Assembly (NCBI GenBank): GCA_010093605.1
Contig: MU004189.1
Location: 751,834 to 815,833 of the forward strand
Direction of reading: 5' to 3'
Length of the DNA: 64,000 nucleotides
From: Lophium mytilinum
Lineage: Eukaryota
The position numbers were made by a program, and so were the translations under genes. This document shows, one piece after another, positions 24,153 through 35,484 of the stretch. The notes below the pieces were generated by a model that saw only the letters and a program-made list of their open reading frames with translations, had not been told where the DNA came from and ran no database searches. Position 1 is the first letter of the stretch. Each line of letters opens with the position of its first letter.

Positions 24153-24922
24153 GCTGCGGTACCTCCCAGAGAGATTATTTAATCAATAGGAGGGCTTTTT
24201 GGTGGAAGGTGAGGGGATGAAAAAGCAGTGGCGGGGGAGAGGGGAGCGGAAAGGGGTGATCGAGACCCAAGAGAGAGGAAGGCGAGCTCGAGAAGAAAGG
24301 GGAATAATAGTACAGAGAGTATACCTAGGAGTAAATCTATATTTGATAGAAGTATGATGAGGAGTGTTGAGAGGTTGATGGACAGGATATGTGTGACCAT
24401 GCTCTGGTGCGGCTGAGCGACGCCCACGCTAATACATATTGAGCTCCTGAGAACGGTGTTAATGGACATATTATAGAAGAATTTGGCTCTACGTTGCGCT
24501 GAAGTATTTAGTTCTGTTTGCTTTCCGTTGAGATGTACGCTGGATGTACTTTAAGATAGAATATGTAGAAATTCCGTGCCAGTTCCGTGCCAATAGGCCG
24601 GTGCAAATTGAAATGCGAACACGCTAGAGATTAAGCTGCGGTGGGAGTGCAGGAAAGCCTAGCTCAGATCCCCTTGAATGGGCCAGCATGCCTGTGAGGC
24701 CCAAGGCTGGGTGCAGGGCTATCAAATTGGATGAATGAGCGCCACCAATAAATTTCAGCGACCTCAACTCCAGGCAACGACGTGGCAGCTGTCGTGGGGT
24801 ATCTGCTACGCCCCATCTTTTCTAGAGACTCGTCATCCCAGCTCTCCCTTCTCTGGCTAGTCCCGAAGTAAAATCTTGAATTATTACGGTAGCCAGATCT
24901 CTTGGAATGGAACCGCTCTAAC

Positions 24923-27200
24923 ATGTCGTCCTTCCAATATCATAGATCGGACAGCTCCCTGGCTAGCGTCAGATTACTGGAGCTCCGTATAGACCCTTCT
25001 AGTCCTCATGGATTATGGTGCAAGCTAGGATGCTGTGGCACTCAACAACAATACTCGAGCCTTCGCTACCGTTACATACCGGCAGAGCACCTGCCCGCCT
25101 ACAGCTGCGATAGAAATCGACCATCAGACTTCCAAACTCAACAATATAAGGTGTTTAAGAGTAACTTATAAGCCAGCGGTGAGGCGGTGCAGTTCTACAG
25201 AGATAGCACGAGGGCTAGCCGATCCTATAACGTCCGAACAAAAAGCGGTTAACAGCAGGCCCTTACAATTATCGGCGAACCTAGGCTGCTTGTGCCGAAT
25301 ACGGTTCTTGGAGGTTTATCTTACGGTATTTCCATGCTATCCAGACTCCTACAACTGTGGCAAGGGCACTGATGACGCCAATGACGATACCCACTATCGC
25401 GCTCGTGCCTAAAGAGTCACTTCCGCCTCCAGATTTGCTATTCACCGGCGGTTGAGCTGTTGCACTAGACTGTGCTGTAGACGACGTTGATGACTGCGAA
25501 ACTGCTAGTACTGATGAACAAAACCATACTTCCGGATGGCAGAAATCGCATGCTTATGACTTACCAGTTGAAGTTACGCGTGCTAGTTGGAACTCTGCTA
25601 CACTCGAGAACGCGGTTTGGCATGCATATCCCGTTCTGGCGTCTCCTGTCATAGCAGCGTCAGAATAGATGACGCCAGTGAAGCAATAGCCATCACTGCC
25701 GTAGCTTGTCAGCAGAGGAGATATGTTTGCAAGGCGGCCTCACCATTTCGTTGTTCTTTCGACGGTACCACCCTGTCCGACGAATATACGGTCGGCTCCG
25801 TTGGTGTATGTGCAGCCCGAAGGCAGGGTATAGGGACTGACATCGGCAGTACCACTGCAGCCCCAATGGCCAGCATCGGTAAGAATTATCGTCTTGTCGG
25901 CGGGGCAATTCAGGGACGTCCCTGTGTGAATGGTATCGTAAGTTGTGTGCGATGGCTAGAAAATGCGCAGCCAGAAAGCAACAGCGGATGTACTTACACG
26001 ATCCATCAAACCTCGTGTTGCCTATGAAGTCTTCATTAGCAACTGCGCCTCTCAGATCAACGTGATTCTCTGGGCGCCTGCTACGTGAAGTCGCAACCGG
26101 TGTGAATAGAACGTTGGCCCAGATGCTCAGGCTTGCGGCAAGCCGCATATCTCAGACTGGAACTAGGTCGCAAACTCAAGAACGGCTGGTAATAACTTTG
26201 TCTCGGCTTGGCCCCAAGTTTCGAGCGGGGCTTCCGCAGCTTTATACTGGGGGACAATCACGCAACGGAACTCAGCCTAACTCATACCTTTGTAGCTTAC
26301 AGTTCCCCCCCCCGGTCAGGCTGGACACCACCATGCGCAGGACAGGGGAGACTTTAAGGAGGAAGCAAGTCGCGATTGGCTTTTAGTGCAAGAAATAAGT
26401 TCTGTTTTTTTCGGCTAAAGATGGGACTGGCGGTAATATAAAGCTGTGGGCCTGCCATTAACTCAACTTAATAGCACCTTTTATGGATCGTTGCGTTATG
26501 TATCAACCAACCCAACATCAGCGAACGGCATCACTAGGTCAAGCTGATGAGTGAGATTTACGCGTCGGCAAAACGGGTCCTCGTGTGGCTTGGGGAGACA
26601 GAAAACAACAGCGACTCTGCTCTGACTTATCTCAAGTGGATTGACAAGACTGGGGGACTCAAGGTCTTTTCGGATCGCCATTTCATCGAAGACACTCAGT
26701 GGATTGAAGGTGAGAAAGTCAAAGTCCGCCAATACTTTGTCTATTTCGACCGATTTCTCCAGTATGACGAAAGAAAATATGTCCATGATCAACTCAACCG
26801 AGAATACTGGAGTAGGATGTGGATTATCTAAGAGATACTACTCAACCAGCAGGTTCTGGTGCTCTGTGGCTCTCATATCGTCAATTGGGCTGTAATCGAG
26901 AATTTTGTGACAAAAATCGACAGTCTAGAACAAAACGGAGAAAGAGTGTTAGCAACCATCGCTCGCCTTACAGCTACCCAACGGTATCGAATTGTCCAGG
27001 TGAAACGGAAATAGCGGTTCATCCGGGATCGCGAGAATCCCCGTGGAAACTGGCTCAACGTTGGGTGCCGTAAGGTGATGAGCGTGATCCAAATTTTTGA
27101 ACTGTTATCAGCCTTCCGCGACTCTAAGTGTCATGATCCCAGGCGCGATGATATTCCTGCAACTACAGGCTCTCGGCCGACGACCTCGCGTCAATTGTTC
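24923..27200 (+). pseudogene. Degenerate HET-domain gene, interrupted by an inserted gene
   Basis: 26484-27140 reads in one frame as WIVALCINQ..ERHH*VKLMSEIYASAKRVLVWLG..YWSRMWII*EILL..K*..LLSAFRDSKCHDPR, with stops at 26535, 26829 and 27012. A candidate N-terminal piece at 24923-25142 (MSSFQY..VRLLEL..CKL; FATVTY..IEID) is more weakly supported. Confidence 0.8.
25281..26148 (-). CDS. Single-pass membrane protein (226 aa): signal peptide, Cys-containing ectodomain, Ser/Thr stalk, TM helix
   Basis: Exons 26148-25998, 25921-25744, 25695-25565, 25501-25281. Three GT-AG introns give one continuous frame ending AIVGIVIGVISALATVVGVWIAW-KYRK. Mostly invisible in the ORF track. Confidence 0.8.
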
Positions 27201-28255
27201 TCTGATGCGTTGTTGGAAAGTCAAACAAGATCCAGCTGGAATCAGATGCGAGGGGTTTTGCGCATGTTCTCGCGCGTAACATGCATCTTCAACGGAACCA
27301 CGAACTCGTGAATATGGTAGAAGAGCTTTTCCGCGGTAGACTGGAAATTGAGGACAAGCGGATCGACCTGTCTCGGTCGTGCGGTATACGCGCTGTGCAG
27401 CCGTCTCTCGACAGCCATCCATTCAATCGCAAGCCGACTTGGAAAAGAGATGGATAAAAGTTGAGAATGGATGCTACAGATGGTTATCTGCTATGACCAC
27501 TGACCTTTTGAGTTTGGATATGCTTAGGGAGCTTGCCTCCTAGCAGCAGATGGCCTCAAGAGAATGTGAGGCAGTCGGAACGCGAGATGCCCACTGGATA
27601 CATCTAGATAAGACGGCAATTCGAAAGTGGAGGGATCTGATGGGATGCACGAGATGAAAAAGTAGGCAAGGTACACAGAAGGTACGTGTGTCTTTTCTCT
27701 AAAGGTTCTTGGGCTGATTACATAATCAAGGATGAAACCACGCGCTAAGCCGAAAGGGAGTGTTCTCTTAATCCGCTTCACGCTTGCCGTCCGAGTCTCT
27801 ATGAATGCTGCTTCTTGTACACATTATCGCCGTAAATAAAGATGGCGATGTCAATTCAGGCTATCGCGGAATCGGCCTCACTGAACGGCCCGGTCCACGG
27901 GTCCTACATACTTGTACGACCACAAAGATTGTATTGCTCAATGCATACATCTATCTGATAGCCTTGGCCAAAGAAACCGAAAGCTCGGTTTGCTTGAACC
28001 AGCGCTCCAAACTACTACTATAGCTCATAAGCTCCAGCTAGCTTCGCGCGAGAGTTGTTTGAGCGGAGCAAACAATTGCTAGAGATGATATTGGTGATGC
28101 CACTAGACACCAGTCATTGGACCAAAACTCTGATTGTGGGAAGTCACGTCGGCACTATCAAGACAGCCGGATCGATCTCATATAAACCGGCTGAAGGCCG
28201 AACGGAGCAATCTCAGTTTGATCACTTACCCCAACTTGAATTCCTTTTGAAAGTC

Positions 28256-29044
28256 ATGTCATCGAGATATCCTCCACCGAAGACTCGCTCACTCCCGCCG
28301 GCGTATGGCAGATACCCGCCTGAGCATGACGAGTATGACGAGTATGGACGCGCAGTCCAAGTGAGATCACCGCACAACGCTGGTGTTGTCTACGAAGATC
28401 CTCGATACTTCAGCTCTGCTCCTCGATCCGAACCTAGGCGGGCCGGGCGAAGCGTCCACTTCGACAAGGCCCTCGTCCAGCTAGCAGAAGGGTACGAAGC
28501 AGCAGAACCAGTAATTACAGAATTCAAGGCCGGGTTCGATCAGGAGATGGGCGCTATCAAGATGTACGCCGACGATGAGATCTTGGACAGGCTATGGCAT
28601 GCTAGAGTGCAGTTTAAGCCAAAAGCGGACCAGAGGAAGGGAAAGGATCAGGAAGATCAGGACGATGATAACGGCTCAGAAGAAGAGCTGCTGGCGAAGA
28701 GCAAAGACTTTCAGAAGTCGCTACAGGCGCTGATTCGCGGGTTGGAAAGCTCGATGAATGCGACGCCTACGCTCCAGTCAAAGTCAAAACTTACACAAAA
28801 AGAGAAGGAGAATGTCGAGCGGGTAGTCAGGAAGCTTCGGCCGGCATCGGAAGAGTGTCTGAAGCTTGCTAGGCAAGCGGGGAAGCGCGTTACACAGCTT
28901 CAGGAGTTGTTGAAGGAGTTGGCATATCTCAAGCTCATGATCGATGAGTGGCCAGAGTTCACGTCGCCTGAAAGCCGCAGAAGGAACGATGAGAGCTTCG
29001 AAGAGGGAGAAGACTATGACAATGGATCACGGGAAGAGGATTAG
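28256..29044 (+). CDS. Hypothetical protein with helical/coiled-coil C-terminal half
   Basis: Uninterrupted ORF. Likely start at ATG 28256 (MSSRYPPP). Charged, helix-like composition. No recognised family. Confidence 0.7.
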   Translation: MSSRYPPPKTRSLPPAYGRYPPEHDEYDEYGRAVQVRSPHNAGVVYEDPRYFSSAPRSEPRRAGRSVHFDKALVQLAEGYEAAEPVITEFKAGFDQEMGAIKMYADDEILDRLWHARVQFKPKADQRKGKDQEDQDDDNGSEEELLAKSKDFQKSLQALIRGLESSMNATPTLQSKSKLTQKEKENVERVVRKLRPASEECLKLARQAGKRVTQLQELLKELAYLKLMIDEWPEFTSPESRRRNDESFEEGEDYDNGSREED

Positions 29045-29189
29045 ATTGAACCAAAAGTATGTAGGTAGCTCATCAACTTTTATAGCAACTGCGTTGACAC
29101 GTCATGAGGTTGAAGAGAATTGTCGTTCAAGCATTGAGGTCGAAGTGGTGGTATCATGAGAAAACGCTCTTCTCGATAGCCCGGTATCA

Positions 29190-30283
29190 CTACATTTTCC
29201 AATCTGTAGTATCGTTAGCGTGGGATTCTGCCTTTCTTTCGAGCGGGAGCGCACTCCATGTTGTCGGCTCCGAGTTCCGCTTTGTAACGAACACTTCGTC
29301 ACCTATCCTCACTCGCTTCGCTTCGTCCTTTGGTTCCAGAAATCCGTACCTCCCAAAAACAGGAGTATACTTGATGCCTTTATCAACTCTCCTATCCTTT
29401 TGTAACTTCTTCAAAATAGTCCCCGCTTCTCCAGTCCCGGGTTTGCCAGTAGAGTAGTCGACGTTGATGCTTGCGCAGCGACCACAGTTGTGCTTGAGGG
29501 ATATCTCAGCATCACCTAAGCGGACTGCCCCCCACAAATCTTCTTCCCATGCTGACCCGGCTCCTTCTACAACAACATTCGGTCTGAATTTGGTGATATC
29601 CATCTCTTCGCCTTCTGGAAGTCGGGAGGATACGTCTTCCAATGATTTCTGGGATACAACCAGATAAGAAGCACAATCCGTGAACGTGAGCTGATCGGAT
29701 TCTTGTTTCGACGGGGCCAGGCCTGGGACAATGCTTGTGATGCTTGAAAACCATGATCCTGTTGGCTTTTCGATCTCTTCTTCTCCAAAGAGAGAAGGCC
29801 TCGTATTGTTACCTACATGAACCAAGATGACGTCGTAACCAAAGCAATCAGAGAACCACTTGTTGAAGCTCTCCTGCATTTTGTAGCCGTCGAGACCACT
29901 ACGATACATGGAAACCTCAACAGTATCTAGGCCAGTGACGTCAGGCAGGAGAGGAACAGAGAGTTGCTTCTCTTCGCCACTTGGAGGCTTAAATGTTACG
30001 ATGATACTACCGGCCCCCGATTCATCTTCTTCTGGAAAGATGATGCGGGTGAAGAAAAGGGTCATTGCCGTGACTTTAGAGACCTGCATGGGTTCGTAGC
30101 GATCCGGATGGACCCTGAGCAGGATGTATTTTCGATCGTACGGAAACCCATATTTTGTGACGACGGTCTCGGTTACTGCAGTGGGTCGCAGTGACTTGAT
30201 GGGGTACGTGTATAGCTATTTTAAGGGATACTCAATTAGATGAAACTATTGAAGTGAAGCTGACTTACTTGGCTGATCTTCAT
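29190..30283 (-). CDS. MOSC-domain protein (mARC-like)
   Basis: Exon 30283-30269, intron 30268-30216, then LYTYPIKSLR..GFPYDR, FTDCASYL, KFRPNVVVEG..WEED, CGRC and PVFG. Probable last intron 29254-29204. Confidence 0.9.
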
Positions 30284-31992
30284 GTTGATGCCGCACAGTT
30301 CGTCAATTCGAGCCTGACCTGGCTCAGTATATTTGGTGTCGCTGGAGTGAAGGAAGAACCATAAAGTGGTCTTCGCGCTACAGAGGAGTTTCGAGCTTGT
30401 GCAACACTTTCGCGCCCTTCGAAGTTTGACGACAACTTACCCCAGCTTTCCCTGGCTTTGGGGAGGTCGATAGGCGTGATAAGGCCGGGTCCTTCTTCCT
30501 CGAGCGAGTTAGCGTCCGGAAGATCTTCCCGAACGGCCACAGAAGGTTACCGTGTGCCGTCACACCGTGGCAGTCAGCCACATGACCAGTGCCGGCTCTA
30601 CGGCGTCACTGACGATATTAAGGCTCTCTTGCGCATCACATTCCCATCTTTGATGCTATTTATGTCAGTTTCCGAAATTGGGCTGTAGACTTGTCTACTA
30701 GCTTGAAAATGTCAGGATGCCTTCATCGTGCTTCAGAATTCTGATATCACTGTCGTCTGTTACTTTATTCAAATTTGAACTGGAAAATTCATGATATCTG
30801 CACCGTACTCGGTAACACTGGAGAGAATCCACACTGTGTTTGTTCCTGCATATGCACTTTGTGCCATTTAGATCTTCAGAAATCTGCTTCAGCCGCTGCT
30901 CTCCTGCAGGGCCTAGGAGACTGCCTACGAATCATTCGAACATGACACCCGAATAGTAATTGGACATTAGCGTTCCACAAACCTGTCACAGATGCTGTGC
31001 TAGCGTCTTGCTGCATCGGCCACGAGGTCAGGCAAAGGTACTGTAAATTCGGTCGTACTCCAAGTAGGGTAATGATCGCAACTCGGCTATGAAGAGCAAG
31101 GCTTCACTGCGAGTACCAATATGGCATCTTGCTCTCTCGATCTCGGGAACTCCGGCACCTTGGACCCTGCGTTGGCCCACCTTCACCATGGCTGGCTTGC
31201 CGTTTACGTTAGCAGGACGAAGAATGGGACCGCGTGGCCATCAAGCTGGCAACAGACGCATGTCATTGGGTCCGTGAAGTTGGAAGACTTGTTCCTGGCG
31301 GCACCGAGACGGGACAGGAGACAGCCGCTGCAGGTTTGAAGATCGTTCAGACGGGCCCGAGGAGTGCTGCTGCGCTCGAATCAAAGGATTCTGCACAAAC
31401 AAGCTTGGGCAGCGGTGGGTAGGGAAGCGCGGTGAGTGGTGGGATTGAACGAAGACGGTGGCTGTGCAGGGCGGGCAAAGCTGAACTGGCTGGGATGCTG
31501 GGCCGTGACGTTGGGCGGGTGTGTGTGCGAATCGCCCCTCGACCGATGAGTGATGGAGAGGAGGGAGGGACAGCTGCCAGGCAAAAGTCATGATTAGGAA
31601 GCGCTGTACAGCATTCGCCGCCTTCAGCACTCAAGAGCACGTGAAGAGCCCTGCGAAAGCTATGTATCCAGCTTCGTCCATCCATCACTATCGCCTTCCT
31701 GACCACTACCAACTCCACACGCTCCGACCAACCTCCGCCTCGTTTTGCAGTCAGCCTGAGTGAACGCCTCGACAAGCCACCATCCACACCGCGTCCTCGC
31801 TGACACAACCCGCGCCTGTTACGCAACCTTGCCAGTGCAGTTATCAGCACTTTGCGACAAACAATCTGGGCTTCAGCTGCGGCTAAAGGCTGACGACTGT
31901 TCGAATACACTAAACCATCCTCCCCCGCCTTTTATACCACCACGTCATCTCTCACAGCTCCCAACCGCAATCAACAACCACATACTACAGAC

Positions 31993-33971
31993 ATGGCCAT
32001 GGCGTCGAGCGGGATACGGCGGAAGGACACTACCAAAGGCCCGCCTTTGCGCATTCTCTCTCTAGGTAAGTGATTAAAAGACGTGTTGCGCATACGACCT
32101 TAACTGACTTTGCCTATGTAGATGGCGGGGGCGTTCGAGGCTACTCAATGCTCATTTTGCTCCAAGAGCTCATGCACCGGACATTCGTCGAGGTCGAGGG
32201 CCGCGCACCGAAGCGACACGAAATCCCGAAGCCATGCGAACATTTCGACCTCATCGGAGGGACGGGAACAGGCGGCCTGATTGCCATAATGTTGGGTCGA
32301 CTGCGGATGGATATAGACACCAGCAAGGACGTCTATGTGCGGATGACGAAGAAAGTCTTCGAGACTGATAAAACATTTGCTGGAATTCCCTACCGATCTA
32401 CCCTGTTCAAGGCGTCAAAGCTGGAAGAGGCTATCATGGAGTGCGTGAGGGAACACACCATCTACGACGACGAAGGAAACGATCACGACGAATCGTCAAA
32501 GGTGGATCTTAGGACACCCATGACACCCGGAAGCGCGTACCATGTTCCCAGGAGAAGTCCCAGCAATGCCAGCCGATATAGCCAGATTGGGTCGACCCCG
32601 CTTAGCCACCGGATTGCCGCGATGAAATACGGAGACCCCAATGCTCTAATGTACGACACAAGGGAGAACCGAACCAAGACGTAAGTTCCGTACTAAAGTC
32701 ACCATTCAACCAATGCTAACACTCGATGCAGTGCGGTCACAGCAGTATACAAAGGCACACCGAAGAAGGGTAACTCAGTGCTCCTTCGTTCATACGACTC
32801 TCGCAAAGAACCAGCCCCGGAGTTCAACTGCACCATATGGCAAGCTGGCCGTGCAACCTCTGCAACTGGCCTCGCCTTCAAACCCATCCAGATTGGCCAA
32901 TCTGTCTTCATCGACGAGGGCGCCGGGAAATATAACCCAGCCCCGCAGATCCTTGACGAAGCCGTCTGCAACGAGTGGCCTGGCCGCGAAGTTGGTGTCT
33001 TCGTCAGCATCGGTACTGGCAAACGGCCGTCCGGCTCAGATGGGCGGCAGCAAGAGTGGTGGGAAGGTTTCGTTGGCTCCAACATGGGGAACTTCGCGGA
33101 AGCACGACGCAGGCTCATCTCCAAGATCGAGGGCTGTGAAGAGACGCATCTGGCGATGAAAGATCACCTGGCTAAGCGTCAAGTCAACCCAGAGAACTAC
33201 TACCGCCTCAACGTCAACGTCGGCGTCGGAGAGTTCGGCATGAACGAGTGGGGCCGCTTAGCAGACATCAGCACGAATACACGCAGGTATCTATCAGATC
33301 CTGACGTGCAGAGCAAGAATCTTGACGCTGCAGCTAAACTGGGTCGCATTCACCGCGCAAAGATACGTTGGGAGCGCGCTCAGAACGGCGAAAGCTACCA
33401 GCCGCAGCAACAAGGAGGCCAATGGGACCGCCCTCTACCACCGGCCCCATCTGCCTTCACTTATTCGGAGCCGATGGCCGTCGAGCTCCCAGCCAACGAA
33501 GACGTCGTCCCTCAGAGCTACGACTACCAGCGCCCCCAGTCACAGCTCCTTTCTCCATCCAACTACCAGCATCACCCACGCCGGCCGTCAGAATCCGAGA
33601 AAATTATGATCACCTCCGCGGACGAGTTCCCCACCTCCGATCCCCGGCATTCTGGCGAGCTGACCATTGGCTACCGTCGCAGCAACGAGCAATTCACTTC
33701 TGAGCCCCACGGCTCTTCCGCCGGCTCATATAGAGAGTCGCCCCGCCGTAGCGGCGAAGAGGGGCGAGTTAGCAGCGAAACAATGCCCAATACGCCTCCG
33801 CCACGGCCCCCAAAGACTCCGATCCAGCACGATATTAAGCCTGGAATTAAGCCTGGTATGCAGGGCACACTGTCGCGCCCGCCGGCGGGCATCGCGCTAC
33901 CGTATCCGGACACAGATGGCCCGCCACCTGTGGTAAATATGGCGAGGAAGCCAGAGTATGGCGTGCGATGA
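31993..33971 (+). CDS. Patatin-like protein with degenerate catalytic motifs and Pro-rich C-terminal tail
   Basis: Exons 31993-32065, 32122-32680, 32732-33971. DGGGVRG is present, but the GxSxG position reads GTGTG and the DGG position reads DEG. Confidence 0.9.
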
Positions 33972-34900
33972 GTGGAAGAGAATCACGGTTCTTATTCATT
34001 TACATCTATTTGTTTTCACGTGGCGTTTTTGGCCTAGCCACGGTTCGGCATGGTATACATGTTTGATGAACAAACTCACGACGAGGGTCTCGGCGCTTAA
34101 GATAGTAATTTGGGCAAGGGAAACTAAGGCATATAGAAACGAGTTAGCCTCTAGACGTTACGTTTAGGTTGTGGGAATGGGATCTGGAAACGAGGGGATG
34201 GGAATTCGGGGTATGTCCTCGTAAGATGCTCCTGATTAGAGCGAGGGATGGATGATTCTCGTTATGTATTTGATACCCATGAACTACAGCCGCTATTGTT
34301 TGAAAATTTCTGCTTTGGTGCTATCCAAGCTGTGAAATACTGCCCCTCTCTTGCAGAGTAATCTTGACTTGGTACAGTGAACTCGAAATGAAATGAGTGT
34401 TACAACACTAGCAATCTGATTGGCGAGCAAAATATATCGGAGACGGGATGATCTTCAACGATTCGAACATCGATATCCCTCCGAAGCTCCGTTGATCATC
34501 CAATCACTCATCTTGATATCTTAAGCAGCACGGAACTTGCGAAGCGTCCGACATGTTCGTCTCTCATGCAGCTCTGCTTTCACTCTGCTATCGGCCCGAC
34601 GAGGTCGCCCGCTACGGCCGCAAGAGCACACGCTGATGGCGTTGATATCTAAAGATCCTCCGACACCGTTCTTGTGCGTGAAAGACAATAACTATATAAA
34701 CCTGCAGGGCTTCATACGGATCAATCATCATCTACATTCTACATACCCCGCGCACCTGTCTCAACAACTCACCTACCTTCCGAATCTAGATACGCAATAG
34801 CGCAGCTATCACATTAGCTTCAACTTCCGAACCTCAACTCCAACTCCATCAGCAACCCCACCTCTATTTGCAACCAACACAAAAACCCCAAACACCCACA

Positions 34901-35484
34901 ATGGCATCCCTCCTCCCTCTCAGCCCGTCCTCGACCTCAATCCTCCAAGGCTACGCCATCATCAGCGCCGCTCTCGCAGCCGGTTCGTCCCCCTCTCCAC
35001 TACCCCTCAAACCAAAGAACCCCCCAACTAACACCCCACCCCAGGCACCAACCTCTCCACCTCCTTCCTCACAATCCCCACCCTCCTCCTCTCCCCGCAC
35101 CCCCTCCTCCTCGCCCAATGGACCGCCCTCTACAGCGCCGGCATCACCCCCATGATCACCCTCTCCATGACCTCTTCCACCGCCTTCGCAGTCCTCGCGT
35201 ACGCCGCCCATCCTACCGCCGCTAGCACGGCGAAGCTCTATGGCGTTGCGGCCGCCGCGGCGTTCGCGATGGCGCCGTGGACGCGGCTGGTTATGTGGGG
35301 CACGAACCAGCGGCTGCTGGAGTTGAACGAGGAGCGGGAGAAGGGGACGGGCGGGAAAGGGGTTGTGAAAGCCGGGGAGGAGCCGGTGGATCGGTTGGTG
35401 GAGCGGTGGGCGGGGTTGAATGTTGTGAGGGGGGTGGCGAGTTTGGTTGCGGCGGTTGTGGGGGGGTGGGCGAGTTTGGGGTAG
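34901..35484 (+). CDS. DUF1772/anthrone-oxygenase-like membrane protein
   Basis: Exons 34901-34982 and 35045-35484. Four hydrophobic segments; QW..LY..G, PWT..VM..TN..L and LVERWAGLNVVR patterns. Confidence 0.8.
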
